Below are positions 40,026 to 53,869 of a DNA stretch of 64,000 nucleotides, piece by piece. The stretch is from Heptranchias perlo (lineage: Eukaryota). Numbering within the stretch: position 1 is the first letter of the stretch; every line of letters begins with the position of its first letter. The DNA is taken from positions 24,180,001 through 24,244,000 of the forward strand of contig NC_090370.1 of NCBI RefSeq assembly GCF_035084215.1, given 5' to 3'. Position numbers and translations under genes: made by a program. A model generated the notes under the pieces. The model ran no database searches. It had not been told where the DNA came from and worked only from the letters and a program-made list of their open reading frames with translations.

Positions 40026-40234
40026 AAAAATTTTACAACACCAAGTTATAGTCCAGCAATTTTATTTTAAATTCACAAGCTTTCGGAGGCTACCTCCTTC
40101 CTCAGGTGAACGATGAGGAAGGAGGTAGCCTCCAAAAGCTTGTGAATTTAAAATAAAATTGCTGGACTATAACTTGGTGTTGTAAAATTGTTTACAATTG
40201 TCAACCCCAGTCCATCACCGGCATCTCCACATCA
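40026..40234. mobile_element. Penelope-derived palindromic insert with a minimal hammerhead ribozyme
   Basis: 76-bp arms at 40029-40104 and 40114-40189 with a 9-nt loop; family 3' end CCGGCATCTCCACATCA; CATCTGTA duplicated at the flanks. Confidence 0.85.
40071..40111 (-). ncRNA. Minimal type I hammerhead ribozyme motif
   Basis: GTTCAC-CTGAGGA-A-GGAGG(TAG)CCTCC-GAAA-GCTT-GTGAAT. Confidence 0.7.
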
Positions 40235-43200
40235 CATCTGTACATTCACAGGACAAACTGTTCGCCAGATTGACAATTCCCGGGACAAGCTTTCCTCCCC
40301 GCTCGGCCTGTGCTGCGGATTCTCGGGGGTTGGTTGTCGTTTCCCAGCTCAGTCACTGTTAAACACTCTGAGGCCGGCGCTCCTCACAGTCTCTGGTCTC
40401 CAGATTCAGGGACAGGAGCCAATCACAGCTCTGGCTGTGATAATCCATATCTGCTTTTACATTATTGTATTGTTCGCACACAGAAATATGTTTGGTTAAG
40501 TTGAAAATTCAAATTATCCGCTCTGGGCTCCTCCAGTCTCTCTGTGTTTCCTTCTCCTGCTAAACTGACTGACAGGCAATAGTAACTGGCGTCCGATCCA
40601 TCCCATTCTCCACACACAGAGACGGCTAGTTACTGAATAAATTCAACACTCACAGACAGTCCGGAGTCAGACTGTTACAGGCTGTTTCTCGCCACCTTTA
40701 CTTTTCGGCGGATAAATGCACCGTCAGACCGGCTCATATACAGTAGAAGGGAGAGTAATCGTCTCACCAACAGCACAAAGACACAGAATCAGTCTTTCAC
40801 ATTCCATCAGTGGGTCAATATTACGCTCAGTAACAGTGTCCCGCAATGATGTGCAGAACTAAAGAGAGAGAGAGAGAGAGACGGACCGGCTGATAAACGG
40901 ACAGACAGAGACACAGTCAGACAGACGCAGAATCAGTCTCACACTTGCCATCAATGTGTCCGTTTCACGCTCAGTAAACATTATTCCAGCTTCATGTACA
41001 CCGCGAGAGAGAGAGAGATACAGACAGGCACAGTATCAGTCTCACACTTCCCATCAGTGTGTCTGTATCATGCTCAATAACAGTATCGCACCTCCATATA
41101 AAGTACAAGAGAGACAGAGAAACTGAGCTGTAATGAGCGGTTTTCACCCAGTAACAAATAGGGAATCACTCCATTCCAATTGCTATTCCAAGGTTGAATG
41201 ACAGAAGATGCAGTCTCATCTCTAACTGATCTTATTCCAGAGACAGACACGTTATTAATCCCACTCTCAGGGACAGTGTCACACATTTAATCCTCTCTTG
41301 CATATTGTACCCTCTGTAATCTTGCAGCAGAGGGCCGTTCAGTATTACTCTCAGTGACCGAGAGTTTCACTCTGATTGAAATAAACTGGGACTGTTGCCG
41401 TCAGATATTCATCCTGCACAGTCCCAGCAAATACACCGAGTCCCACTTTCCTCCCATGTTTCTCCAGGATTGGTTTGAGAAATCCTCCCTCCAGTTTCGG
41501 GTTCACGCGTTACTTTATCAGTAGAGGAACCAAGAATGAACAGAACCCATTGGCTCATTCCACAGCCGCCCACGTTATCTCTGATCGACCCTTTACCATC
41601 AAAATATACCGAGAGAAACAGCAGGGATGGAAACATCTAGTTTAATGGTTGGAGATTGTAAAGTCAGTCTGGATTCCAGCGTTAGGCACTGGTGGAATCC
41701 CATCTGTTTTCCATTCTGGTGCCTGTTCCTGCACTGCCTGTGGACCCCATTCCCTCTGACCTTTCCCCCACTTCCTTTGCTCAGACTCTGAAAAATTCCA
41801 ATTGGGGAAAGTTTCCACCGATTTTTGTATTGGGAATTAAACCAGATATCTGCGCATGCGTGACTCAGCCCCGCCCCCAGCGCTGCTTGGTGGTGAGCAG
41901 AAGAGCGCATGCGCGCTCCCCTCCCCCAGCTCGGCCTGTGGGCGCCATTCCCTCAGTGAGCGGAATAAGATGGTTTGAAACAGCCGGGAATGGAGAGATC
42001 ACGGCCCCCGGGGGAAGGGAGCAAAGAGCAGCCTCGTTACAGCAGCTCATCGCTTCGGGACCGTGTCCGCAGATGGGCTCAGAGATCGGCATTGAGTCCG
42101 GGGGAAGGTCAGGGGGGGTCCGGGGGCTGTTTGTAAGAGGCGGAGTGGATCAGGAACTGGTCCCGGAACATGGAGTGAGCGGGGGAAGGGAGAGGTCATT
42201 CTCGGGCTGTGTGTGTGCAGGGTTTGTCCAGGGGAAGGGAGACAGAATAGGACGAACCTGCTATTTAAATCATTGCTACTTTCTCTCCCCAAACCAGTAG
42301 TGAATTGTTCCTGGTTTCGTTCCAGTCTCACTCTGTTTATTGTTATTGGACAGTGAACATTGGAAACAGAGCCGGACAGTAAGGATGTGGGGAGTGAGAC
42401 AAAGAGCATCAATTGCAGGCACCAGTTGAGAAGTGTGAAGGACACAATTTAAACAGCGGCTGTTTGGTTTCGGTTGAACGGTTGGTCCCATGGGAGAGGA
42501 GATTAGAAACCTGACCTGTACAAAGGTCCCTGCCCCATCGGGTAGTCCCATTCATGGATCAGTGCAGGGGTTGGGTTTTTTCTGGATGTCACTAAATTGT
42601 TATGAAACAGCCCAACACACCTGGTATACAGAAGCTGAGTGCTGCAGTACTGCAGTGGAGTCAGACACTGACACTCTTTGTAGCACTGGTTTTCACTTGT
42701 GGATATTCAAAATGATCATTAACAGAGATATTAAATTGATCACTTTTGTATTTTCGACCTCACCTGTTCCTGAGTAACAAGATATAATTTTCTTTCTACA
42801 GGCAAATCCTTGAACGACCCAGAATAAATGTGATGTTTCCTCCACCCGAGGCAGAAGGAACAGTGCGGCCAGCTCCTTCTCACACACAGTAGGTACATTA
42901 TCACACACAGAGACACAGACAGGTCATCAGTTCCCCAGTCTCAGACAGCAGAAGTGGTCAGTCCCACACTGATCCCAGGTTCCAGAGACACATTTTCAAT
43001 CCAACAGTCAGACAGAGCAGGTGAGGCAGACGCTGTTTCCATTTCCCCCGAACTCAGTCCCGCTGACAGGAAGATACAAAAATCCCAGTCCAAAATCACA
43101 CTTTCAGATTGAAAGGCACTGTTTCAATGTCACAATAGGGCAACATTAGCTCCGAATTAAATACCAGATAGAAATCACACATGGTACCCGATTCAAAGGT

Positions 43201-43329
43201 ACAGAATGAACCCCAATGATGTCCCTCGAGATTCCAATTGAATACTAGCCCAGAACTCTCACATGTGAGTTTAATACATGCAGTATCGATTCAAATAATG
43301 TATCATGAGAAACAAACTGCAGGCAAGTC

Positions 43330-46300
43330 CAAAACTCATGTACATTATCAGATTGAGAAATGCTGTGACAGTGTAACCTGAGAAACAAATTAGAAACCAG
43401 TTTATAATACACTCATTGTATGAGATGTAAAGATACAGTATCAATTCTATAAGTGCAGACTGAGATAAACATTACATACCAGTCCAAAAATCTCATATAA
43501 TATTAGATTGAAAGGCACAGTATCGATTACAATAGTACAGACTGAGCTGCACATTATGTACCAATTCAAAAATCACTTTCAGTTTGAAGTATATATTATC
43601 ATTCACAATATTACAAAGAAATATAGATTTAATAGTGGTCCAAAAAGCACACAAATTATCTGAATAAAAACGTCCAGCACCAAATCCTAAAGTTAATCCA
43701 TATTTACCAATTAAATAATGAGAAAAACTATTTAAACATATTAAAGCTACAGTGTTGTATGCCACAATATAATCTGAGAGAATAATTATAGACAGACACA
43801 GAATGAATCCCGCACTCATATATGGTACCAGAATTGACAGATACAGAATGAGTCCCACACTCTCATAATGTACCAGATACTCGCAGATAAAGTATGGATC
43901 CCACACTCACACAGTACCAGAGACTGAGAGAGACAGAATGAATTGCAAACTTGGAGTTTGAGAAACTGCACATATATAATGAATTCAACACACACACACA
44001 CAATATTAGAGACTGTATAAAAAGACGGAAACCCACACTCACACACAGTACCAGAGACTTACAGATACAGAATTAATCTCTCAATCATATAGAGTACCAG
44101 ATGACTGATTCAATCCCACACAAACATACAGTATGAGAAATTGCATATTTAAAATGAATTCAACACCCACATGCAATACTGGAAACTGACAGACACAGAA
44201 TGAATCCTAAACAGTATCACGGAGTGAGAGATACAAAGTGAATCTCACAGTCACCTACATTAGTGCAGGCTGAGTTACAAATTACGTACCAGTCCAAAAA
44301 TCTCAGTGTCAGATTGAAAGATACAGTATCAATTCCATTAGTGCAGATTGAGCTACATATTATAAACCACTACAAAAAAAATCTGATACTGATTCAGACT
44401 GAAATATACAGTATTCCATTCATGCAGACTGACCTACACATTATATACAAGTTCAAAAATGCCACCATATCAGTTTGGAAGATGCACGAAATCACAGTTG
44501 TGTTCACATCGAAGCAGATTTAAGAGTAGCCCAAAAAGTGCACTCATTCTCTGATTATAACCTACAGCATCACATTTTAAAGTATATGATTATCTACCAC
44601 TTAAATACTGGGAAAAATTATTTATACATTTAGGTATGAAAGATACAGTTTTGAACGCCATATTCTAAACTGAGATACAAATTAGATACAGATAAAGAAT
44701 GAATCTCATACTCAGATCCAGTGCCAGAGACTGACATATAGAATGAATCTCACACTCACACAATGTACCAGTGATTGATAGATACCGAACAAATCCCACA
44801 CTCTGATACAGTAGCACAGACTGGCAGATACAGAATTTATATCACTCATATACAGTATCAGAGATTGATGGAAACGGAATGAATGTCTCAATCACATACA
44901 GCATCAGAGACTGAAAGATATGGAATGAATCCCAAATTCACACACAGTGCCAGAGACTGACAGGAACAGAATGAATCACAAAGTACCACAGTCAGACAGA
45001 TACAGAATGAATCTCACTTGCATACAGTACCAGGGACTGACGTTTTTAGAATGAATCCCACACTCACACACAGTACCACAGGTTGACAGATACAGAATGA
45101 ATCTCAGTCACATTATTGCAGACTGAGTTGCACATAACAAGCCAGTCCAAAAATCTTATAGTGTCATATTGAAAGATAATGTTTGAATTCCATTAGTGCA
45201 GACTGAGCAAAACATTACATAGCAGTCGAACAATTTCATACCGTATCAGACTCAAAGATACAACATCAATTCCATTAGCATGCACTGAGCTATATGTTAC
45301 ACACCAGTCCAAAAATCTCATACAGTATCAGACTGAGATACAGAATTAATTCCATTATTATAGACTGAGTTACACATTATATACCAGTCCAATAATTTCA
45401 CCGTGAACAGATTGAAAGGTACATTGTCATTCACAATAGAGTTCAGAGATTAAGATGTAACACTACTCCAAAACTCACACACATTGTTTGATTGAAGAAA
45501 ATCCATAAGTGTGTCAATATTTACAAATTAAACACTCGACAAAAAAGCATGTACTTTAAAGTATTAAAGATATAGTTTCAAATAAAATAATGTAAACTGA
45601 AATCAGAATACAGAGTGAATCCAGACTTGCACATTGCCTCAGAGACTGAATTGCAGAATGAATCCCACTGAGATAAAGTAGCAGAGAATGGCTGATACAG
45701 AATGAATCCCATACTCACAGACAGTACCAGAGAATGTCAGTTACAGAATTAGTCCCACACTCATATATAGTATCAGAGAGTGACAGATACAGAATAAAAC
45801 CCACACTCATATATAGTATCAGAGACTGACAGATGCAGAATAAACCCCACACTCGCACATAGCACCGGAGACAGACAGATTCAGAATAAAGCCCACACTG
45901 GCTTACAGTACCAGAGAGTGAAAGATACAGAATAAACCCCACAAACATGTACAGTACCAGAGACTGACAGGCACAGAATGAATCCCACATGCACACACAG
46001 TACCAGAGACAGGGAGATACAGAATAAATCCCACATTCGCATAGAGTACCCGAGACTGACAGATACAGAATGAATCCCACAATCACGGACAGTACCAGAG
46101 ACTGACAGATACAGAATAAACCCCACACTCATGTACAGTAACAGAAACTGTCAGATACAGATTAAATCCCACACTCATATACAGTACAAGTGACAGGAGA
46201 TAAAGATAAAACCCCACAATCACACACAGTACCAGAGACAGACAGATACAGAATAAACCCCACACTCACACACAGTACCATAGACAGACAGGCGCAGAAT

Positions 46301-46560
46301 GAATCCCACACTCACACACAGTACAAGAGACTGAGAGATGCAGAATGAATCCCACTCTCATGTAAAGTACCAGAGACAGACAAATACAAAATAAACCCCA
46401 CACTCATACAGTACCAGAGACAGACAGATACAGAGCAAACCCCACACTCACACACAGTAAAAGAGACAGACAGATACAGAATAAATCCCACACTCATGTA
46501 CAGTACCAGATACCAACAAATACAGAATAAACCCCACTCTCATATTCAGTACCAGAGACT
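43330..46560. repeat. Composite 46-bp/~80-bp satellite block, opposite in orientation to 57.2-64 kb
   Basis: CAGTACCAGAGACTGACAGATACAGAATGAATCCCACACTCAC units alternate with CCAGTCCAAAAATCTC units. Confidence 0.88.
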
Positions 46561-47020
46561 GGCCTCTACTGGACGTAAGCGAGAACTGTAAAAGAGTGGA
46601 ACAAATTCACTTTGTCTCGTGGTTGCAGAATCAGGACAATGTGCAATGTGAGGAAAGTTTCTGTCTGTAACTTCTACTCTCGTATTTTTGCACATTTTGA
46701 TCGTGAAAAATGAGGACAATTTATTCATAATAAAGTTTTGTTTTACTTATTCAATAGTTGTGAATTTTCCCCGTTATATTTCACTGTACATTGCGCAGTA
46801 TTTCTCTCTGATTTCTCAGCTCGATTTACATTACTCCTCTCCCCCGTTTAGACTCTTATTTTCCAAGCAGTATGTGGCCAATGCACCAGCTCACACTTTC
46901 TATATTGAAATTCAGTGTTCATTTACACGGCCGTTCTGCAAACTTACTTTGTTGCAGTCTTCCTCAGTATTGACTATAACCCCCTAAATCAATTATAACA
47001 ATGTAACACAGCATTACAAC

Positions 47021-47511
47021 ACACGACAACGCAAAATCGTCGAGCAGAAATTGATAGCCAAGTTCCGCACCCATGAGGACGGCCTCAACCGGGATCTTGG
47101 GTTCATGTCACGCTACACGTTACCCCACCAGCGAACAAATGTTATCTGTTTTTAATATAATGGGTCATTTGCTGGCTTTCTCTGCCTTCCTGATGTTTCT
47201 GCCTCTCTCTGTTTTTTTTTCCTGTTTGTTTTTTTGTTGAATGTGTATTCGGGGGTTCTGCAGGTGACACCTCTCTGTCTGAACACGGTGATTGACTTGG
47301 CAACGGGCAGTTGCAGGGGCAGTCTGTAAACACCATGTATTGTTCTATATGTATAAATGCGTAGGCTTCAAGGAGCTCCTGAACATTTACCTGAGGAAGG
47401 AGGAAGCCTCCGAAAGCTTGTGAATTTAAAATAAAATTGCTGGACTATAACTTGGTGTTGTAAATTTTTTACAATTGTCAACCCCAGTCCATCACCGGCA
47501 TCTCCACATCA
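47021..47511 (+). mobile_element. 5'-truncated Penelope-like element (GIY-YIG C-terminus plus terminal repeat)
   Basis: TRQRKIVEQKLIAKFRTHEDGLNRDLGFMSRY followed by a 3'UTR with hammerhead. TTACAAC is duplicated; the empty site is visible at ~33150. Confidence 0.85.
47385..47425 (+). ncRNA. Minimal type I hammerhead ribozyme motif
   Basis: ATTTAC-CTGAGGA-A-GGAGG(AAG)CCTCC-GAAA-GCTT-GTGAAT. Confidence 0.7.
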
Positions 47512-47809
47512 TTACAACTAATGTTTGGTCTAACAGAATGTACTTGCAGCTCGTCTCCATTCCCAGTTTTTCTAAATCCCACTCGTGCAATATAATGTGA
47601 AGAATTAGTTTCTGTTCTGTCCCTCTCTCATCTGCAAACTTCACTGTCCCGGGGTTTGGGGACATCTACTGGCCGGAAGCAGAACTGCAACAGTTCGGAA
47701 CAAATTGCTGAAACCGGACAATGTGCAGTGTGAGCGTGTTTGTGATTGGTGGCAGGTACGAAATCTGATTGGATATCTGAAGAAATCAATCAGAGAGTGA
47801 AAGAAACAG

Positions 47810-48695
47810 GGATGTCTTTGGGGATGTCTTACTGCTGTGAGACAGGGCCTTGGTGAGACCACATCTGGAGTATTGTGTGCAGTTTTAGTCTCCTTATCTG
47901 AGGAAGGATGTCCTTGCCATGGAGGGAGTGCAACGAAGGTTTACCAGACTGATTCCTGGGATGGCAGAACTGACGTATGAGGAGAGATTGGGTTGACTCG
48001 GCCAGTATTCACTCGAGTTAAAAGAATGAGAGGTGATCTCTTCAAAACATATAAAATTCTAACAGGACGAGACAGACCAGATGCAGGGAGGATGTTCCCG
48101 ATGGCTGGAGAGTCCAGAACCAGGGGTCAGAGTCTCAGGATACGGGGTATGCAATTTGGAAACGAGATGAGGAGAAATTTCTTCACTCAGAGGGTGGTGA
48201 ACTTGTGGAATTCTCTACCACAGAAGGCAGTGGAGGCCAAGTCATTAGATGTATTCAAGAATGAGATAGATATATTTCATACTGCTAAAGGGATCACGGG
48301 ATATTAGAGCCAGACCTTTCAGGAGCGAGATTAGAAAACATTTCTCCACACAAAGGGTGGTAGAAGTTTGGAACTCTCTTCCGCAAACGGCAATTGATAC
48401 TAGCTCAATTGCTAAATTTAAATCTGAGATGGATAGCTTTTTGGCAACCAAAGGTATTAAGGGATATGGGCCAAAGGCGAGTACATGGAGTTAGAACACA
48501 GATCAGCCATGATCTTATCAAATGGCAGAGCAGGCAGGAGGGGCTGAATGGCCTGCTCCTGTTCCTATGTTTCTATATGGGGAAAAAGCGGGAACAGTGT
48601 ACTGAGTTCGACGATCAGCCATGATCATTTTGAATGGCGGAGCAGACCCGAAGGGCGGAATGGCCGACTCTTACTCATATTTTCTATGTTTCGAT
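47810..48695 (+). mobile_element. Two nested CR1 3' fragments inserted in an H2B promoter copy
   Basis: A CR1 similar to 17257-18060 is interrupted at ~48304-48575 by the 3' end of the family seen at 6312. Confidence 0.85.
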
Positions 48696-48837
48696 GTAAA
48701 GTGGCATCACTCCCATCCGTCCAATCACAATCATTGCCTTCACCCATCCCTCATTAGCATAGGGCTGTGCGGCTGCCGATTGAATCCGAGCTCGGAGCGG
48801 ATTTGGGTCATTTCTGGGTCAGAAATTGAGTTTGAAA

Positions 48838-48918
48838 ATGCCTGAGGACAAGAAAACAGCTCCCAAGAAGGGCGCCAAGAAAACCTTCAGTAAAGCACCA
48901 GCCAACGGCGGCAAGAAG
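48838..48918 (+). pseudogene. 5' fragment of histone H2B, truncated at a rearrangement breakpoint
   Basis: ATG CCT GAG GAC AAG AAA...GGC GGC AAG AAG, then an abrupt switch to the inverted H2A 3' flank. Confidence 0.9.
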
Positions 48919-49451
48919 TCGTAACTGACACAGGAACAGAATAATTCCCTCGCTCACATCCAATAACAGACAAATGTCATTCACTGATTCAGTAATCGCT
49001 GACACAATAATCAACACATCAGTCAGCTTCTGTTGCACAAATCTGGGTAAAATAATACAGACCGAGCAAGTGTTGTCGGAGGATGAGACTGTAAATAATA
49101 TTGGGTGGAACACAACAGAATGCATCTTGATGCCGATGATCAAACGTCCCTGGTATTTCTGTGTCCCACCCGCCCAGTTTAATGACAATTTTGATATTTT
49201 GTCTCATTCACCACACAAACTGCAAATATCAATCTATTGGAGGTTGGCGACATCTGCTGTCCGGAAGCGAGTACTTCAACAGACCGATCTGGATCATTTG
49301 TTATCAACAAGTTATTGTTCGTTCCAGAATCGGAATCAAGTCCTTATTAAATTGATCCCTGACTCTCTTCAGTCAGTAATCAGCCCTTTCAAAGATACAG
49401 TGGGTGGCTCTGAAAAGAGCCTTTGGGTTATCAGATTAAATCTTGGCCGCT

Positions 49452-49946
<495 letters not shown>

Positions 49947-50719
49947 CTATTCGCAATCTCATTGGGTTGTTCGTTGAACCAATCAGAGAGCTGCTTTATT
50001 CACCAATCAATAGCCAGCAATGAGAAAAGGGCGGAAAATACCGAACTGAACCGTTCATGAAATTTGAAAAGCCCGCCAATATATTTCCAACACAAGAAGC
50101 GGATTTAGTAAATAATGTCGCGTAAAGACAAAGATTTAAAAATCTCTCTCCTTTTACTCTGTTATTCCACATTTCCCGTCACAACTTCCAAAATCTTTTA
50201 CAATCCGGTTAAAATCCGGCTTCATTCACCGTTCGCTTTCAATCGGGCGGGAATAAAGCCCCATTTTGTAACGGGACAGATTCCAGCTCAATCTTTGTAA
50301 AAGTAACAAACCACAGATTGTGGATTGATCCCTGTTCACAGGAGCTGCAGCGCGATCGAAACCGGAGCCGAGACTCCTGGTGTAAGAAGTCGAACAGTGA
50401 CAGAGTCTTTAGACTATTCTGTACTCGGTGTGAACACCCTTTCGGGATTGCTGCTTTACAAAGGATTGCGGTTCTGAAAGTGATATTCCCGAATAATGAG
50501 CAAACAAAGGTGAAAAGGAGAAAGAAATGACTGAAGTGTAATCCACCGCCTTAAAACGGCTCTGATGGGGCAGATGCGGGGGAAGGGGCGGAATATGAGC
50601 GGGAATGAGAGGATCAGGGACACGTTTTTGGTTATTGGGATTAAATAAAAAAGCGATCCACTGATTATACCGGGCAGCGATTGAGAGAATCTTACAGATT
50701 TCAACAGAAATTTCAAAAG

Positions 50720-50920
50720 CACAAGAACATAGGAACAGGGAGTCGGCCATTCAGCCCCTCGTGCCTGCTCCGCCATTTGATAAGATCATGGCTGATCTGT
50801 GATCTAACTCCAGATACCTGCCTTTGGCCCGTATCCATTAATACCTTTCGTTGCCAATTAACTATCTATCTCAGATTTAAATTTAGCATTTGAGCTCGTA
50901 TCAATTGCCGTTTTCGAGAG
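50720..50920 (-). mobile_element. CR1 3' terminal fragment
   Basis: Same 3'UTR as 6312-6520. Confidence 0.75.
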
Positions 50921-51051
50921 AAAGTTAGTATCAAACTATCTACAGTAAAATGATTCCATACAGAGGTGTCGGTACAGCGTCTTCAGAGAGACTGTGGGTG
51001 GCTCTTAAAAGAGCCTGTGTGTATAATTTTTTTTCAGTTCATTGTGGAGTT

Positions 51052-51426
51052 TTACTTGGAGCTGGTGTATTTGGTCACTGCCTTTGTCCCTTCTGACACG
51101 GCGTGCTTGGCCAATTCCCCAGGCAGCAGCAGGCGCACGGCGGTCTGGATCTCCCGGGAGCTGATGGTGTGGCGTTTATTATAATGGGCCAGGCGGCAAG
51201 CCTCACCCGCGATGCGCTCGAAAATGTCGTTCACAAAGGAGTTCATGATGCTCATGGCCTTGGAGGAGATGCCGGTGTCGGGGTGAACCTGCCTCATCAC
51301 TTTGTAGATGTAGATGGAGTAACTCTCCTTCCTCGTCTTTCTCCGCTTCTTGCCGCCCTTGCCCGGTGCTTTATTCAAGGTTTTCTTGGCGCCCTTCTTG
51401 GGAGCTGCTTTCTTGTCCTCAGGCAT
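51052..51426 (-). CDS. H2B: Histone H2B, 124 aa
   Basis: [12 protein letters not shown]...AVTKYTSSK; perfect stem-loop at 51000-51015. Confidence 0.96.
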   Translation of the reverse strand: MPEDKKAAPKKGAKKTLNKAPGKGGKKRRKTRKESYSIYIYKVMRQVHPDTGISSKAMSIMNSFVNDIFERIAGEACRLAHYNKRHTISSREIQTAVRLLLPGELAKHAVSEGTKAVTKYTSSK

Positions 51427-53040
51427 TTTCAAACTCAATTTCAGACCCAGAAATGACCCAAATCCGCTCCGAGCTCGGATAAAATCGGCAGTCCCACAGC
51501 CCTATGGTAATGAGGGATGGGTGAAGGTAATGATTGTGATTGGGTCATTGGGAGTGATGCAACGTAATCTTTTATTTTCATTCTCTGATTGGCTATCTGA
51601 AGAAACCAATCAGATTTAGTACCTGCCACCAATCACAAACACGCTCACACTGCACATTGTCCGGTTTCAGCAATTTGTTCCGAACTGTTGCAGTTCTGCT
51701 TCCGGCCAGTAGATGTCCCCAAACCCCGGGACAGTGAAGTTTGCAGATGAGAGAGGGACAGAACAGAAACGAATTCTTCACATTATATTGCACGAGTGGG
51801 ATTTAGAAAAACTGGGAATGGAGAACATTTTGTTCGACAAAACATTAGTTGTAATGCTGTATTAAATGCTTTTAATTAATTTCGGGTTTATAGCCTATAC
51901 TGAGGAAGAATGCAACAAAATACAAGAAGACTTTAATAAGCTTGCTGAAAGGCGGTCAAAATGGCCATTGAATTTCCATATAAAAAATGTGAGGTGGTGC
52001 ATTTTGCGAGGAGAAATAAGGAGGCCACATACTGCTCCGAAAATAAGAGTATAAATGGGGTGGAAGAGCAAAGGGATTTCGGGGTACAGATTGATAAATC
52101 ATTAAAAAGAGCAACTCAGGATGATAAGGCCATAAAAAGCAAACACAGAGGTTTATTTCCAGAGGAATAAAATTGTCAAGCAGATAAGTTGTGTTGAACT
52201 GTAATTTAAACTGTCAAACCTTTGGCCAAACTGTTAAACTTTCCTTTTCTGAAATCTGTGCTGAGTATTCTTTATTATATTTTCGGTTTCTGGATGTTTT
52301 TCTGTTGCTTCATTGAGTAAAGGATTCCATGATCAATCCTACCACCGACCTTTAGTTAACTGGTCTTATGTTCCCTGGAATTGTTCTACATCCTGTTTTG
52401 AAATATAAGAATCACATTAGCTGTCATCCAGTCCTCTGGCAGTATTCCTTTTTTGATGATTTTTTCCGATGCATGTAACAGTGCCTCTGCTATCTCTTCC
52501 CTTGCTTCATTTAATATGCACAGATGCAATCTATCTGGACCAGGAGTTTAACCACACTTTCGAACATAAATACCTTGATATCTTTATTGACCTCTTCCTC
52601 CAATACATTCACCCTGTTAATCTCCCGGGTAAATACTGAGGCAAAGTAACAATTCAACAATTCTGCCATTTCGCTGACGTTACCTGTGAGTTTATCTTGT
52701 GCATCACTTGGTGGCACTCAAGATATTCTGATTTTCCTTTTGATATTTTTGTGTCAGTGGAATAATTTACTATTTCTTTTTATATTCCTTGATAATTTGA
52801 TTTCCTGGTTCCTGTTTGCTTCCCTAATTGTTTTGGTGACTTCTTCCGAACCTCTTCCTATTCGCTTTTGCCATCCTCTTATTTAATATCTATGAATGAG
52901 AAATTCCACCAGCTTGTTGTGTCTGTTCAGGGGCTGATGTTTGGGAACTATTTATTGTCTATGATTAAAGTGCCAGAAACCCAAAGCGTGCAATTCAGTC
53001 GGAAACTCAACAGAAACACTCGACTTCTCCCTCATAGTGA

Positions 53041-53116
53041 AATAAGGCGCTGTAATGGTGAGTATAGCTGCCTTCCAAGCAGTTAATGCCAACAGGTTTG
53101 AATCCCAGCACGCTGA
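53041..53116 (+). pseudogene. tRNA-Gly(TCC) relic
   Basis: Inverted paralog of 31922-31995. Confidence 0.7.
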
Positions 53117-53869
53117 ATTCAGAAACACCAAGACTGGAACCGAATTTGATGATGTTCAGAGGGACAGTGTTTCCAAAACACAAACGGGTTTAATTTATAT
53201 AAAAAATACTTCTAAAATTCATTTATTTCCCCCATAAAGTTAAATTTAACTCTGTTCCTTTGTATTATTATTTGCCCTGATCTGTACGGTGGATACGGGA
53301 CAAAATTGCTTGAATTCAGTGAAATTAATTGATTTTCGGAAGGTTTTCCCTCTGCTAATTCCCGTTCCTTCTTTAAATTATGTCGGATTAACCTTTCTGA
53401 CCTATTGAAGGGTCATAGTCCTGAACCGTTAACCCGAGCTTCCCTTCTCCACAGATGCTGCCGGACCTGCTGAGTCTTTCCAGCATTTTCGGTTTTAATT
53501 TTTTCTGTATTTTGTCCCTTTCACTTTTGACGGTCGCCGTTGAACCTTCCAGATTTGCGCTCAGTTTTTATTTGTGTTTCAGTTCGGTTTATTTGAATTA
53601 ATATAAATCGTGTCCTGAGAAATCAGACAGAAATATTGTGCAATGTCGAGTGAAATATAATGGGGCAACTTTCGAATGAGCAAAACAAAAACTTTATTAT
53701 GAATCAATTGCCTAATTTTTCACTGACAAAACATGAAAAAATACGAGAGTAGAAGTTACAGAGAGAAACTATTTCCTCACGTTGCACATTGTCCTGAATC
53801 TGTAACAAAGACAGATAATATGAATTTGTTCCACTCTGTTACAGTTCTCACTTATGGCCAGTAGATGTC

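Noticed and set aside
53395-53435. Hammerhead-like motif in the second Penelope-type repeat
   Set aside because: The core is mutated (CTATTGA and GAAC instead of CTGANGA and GAAA).
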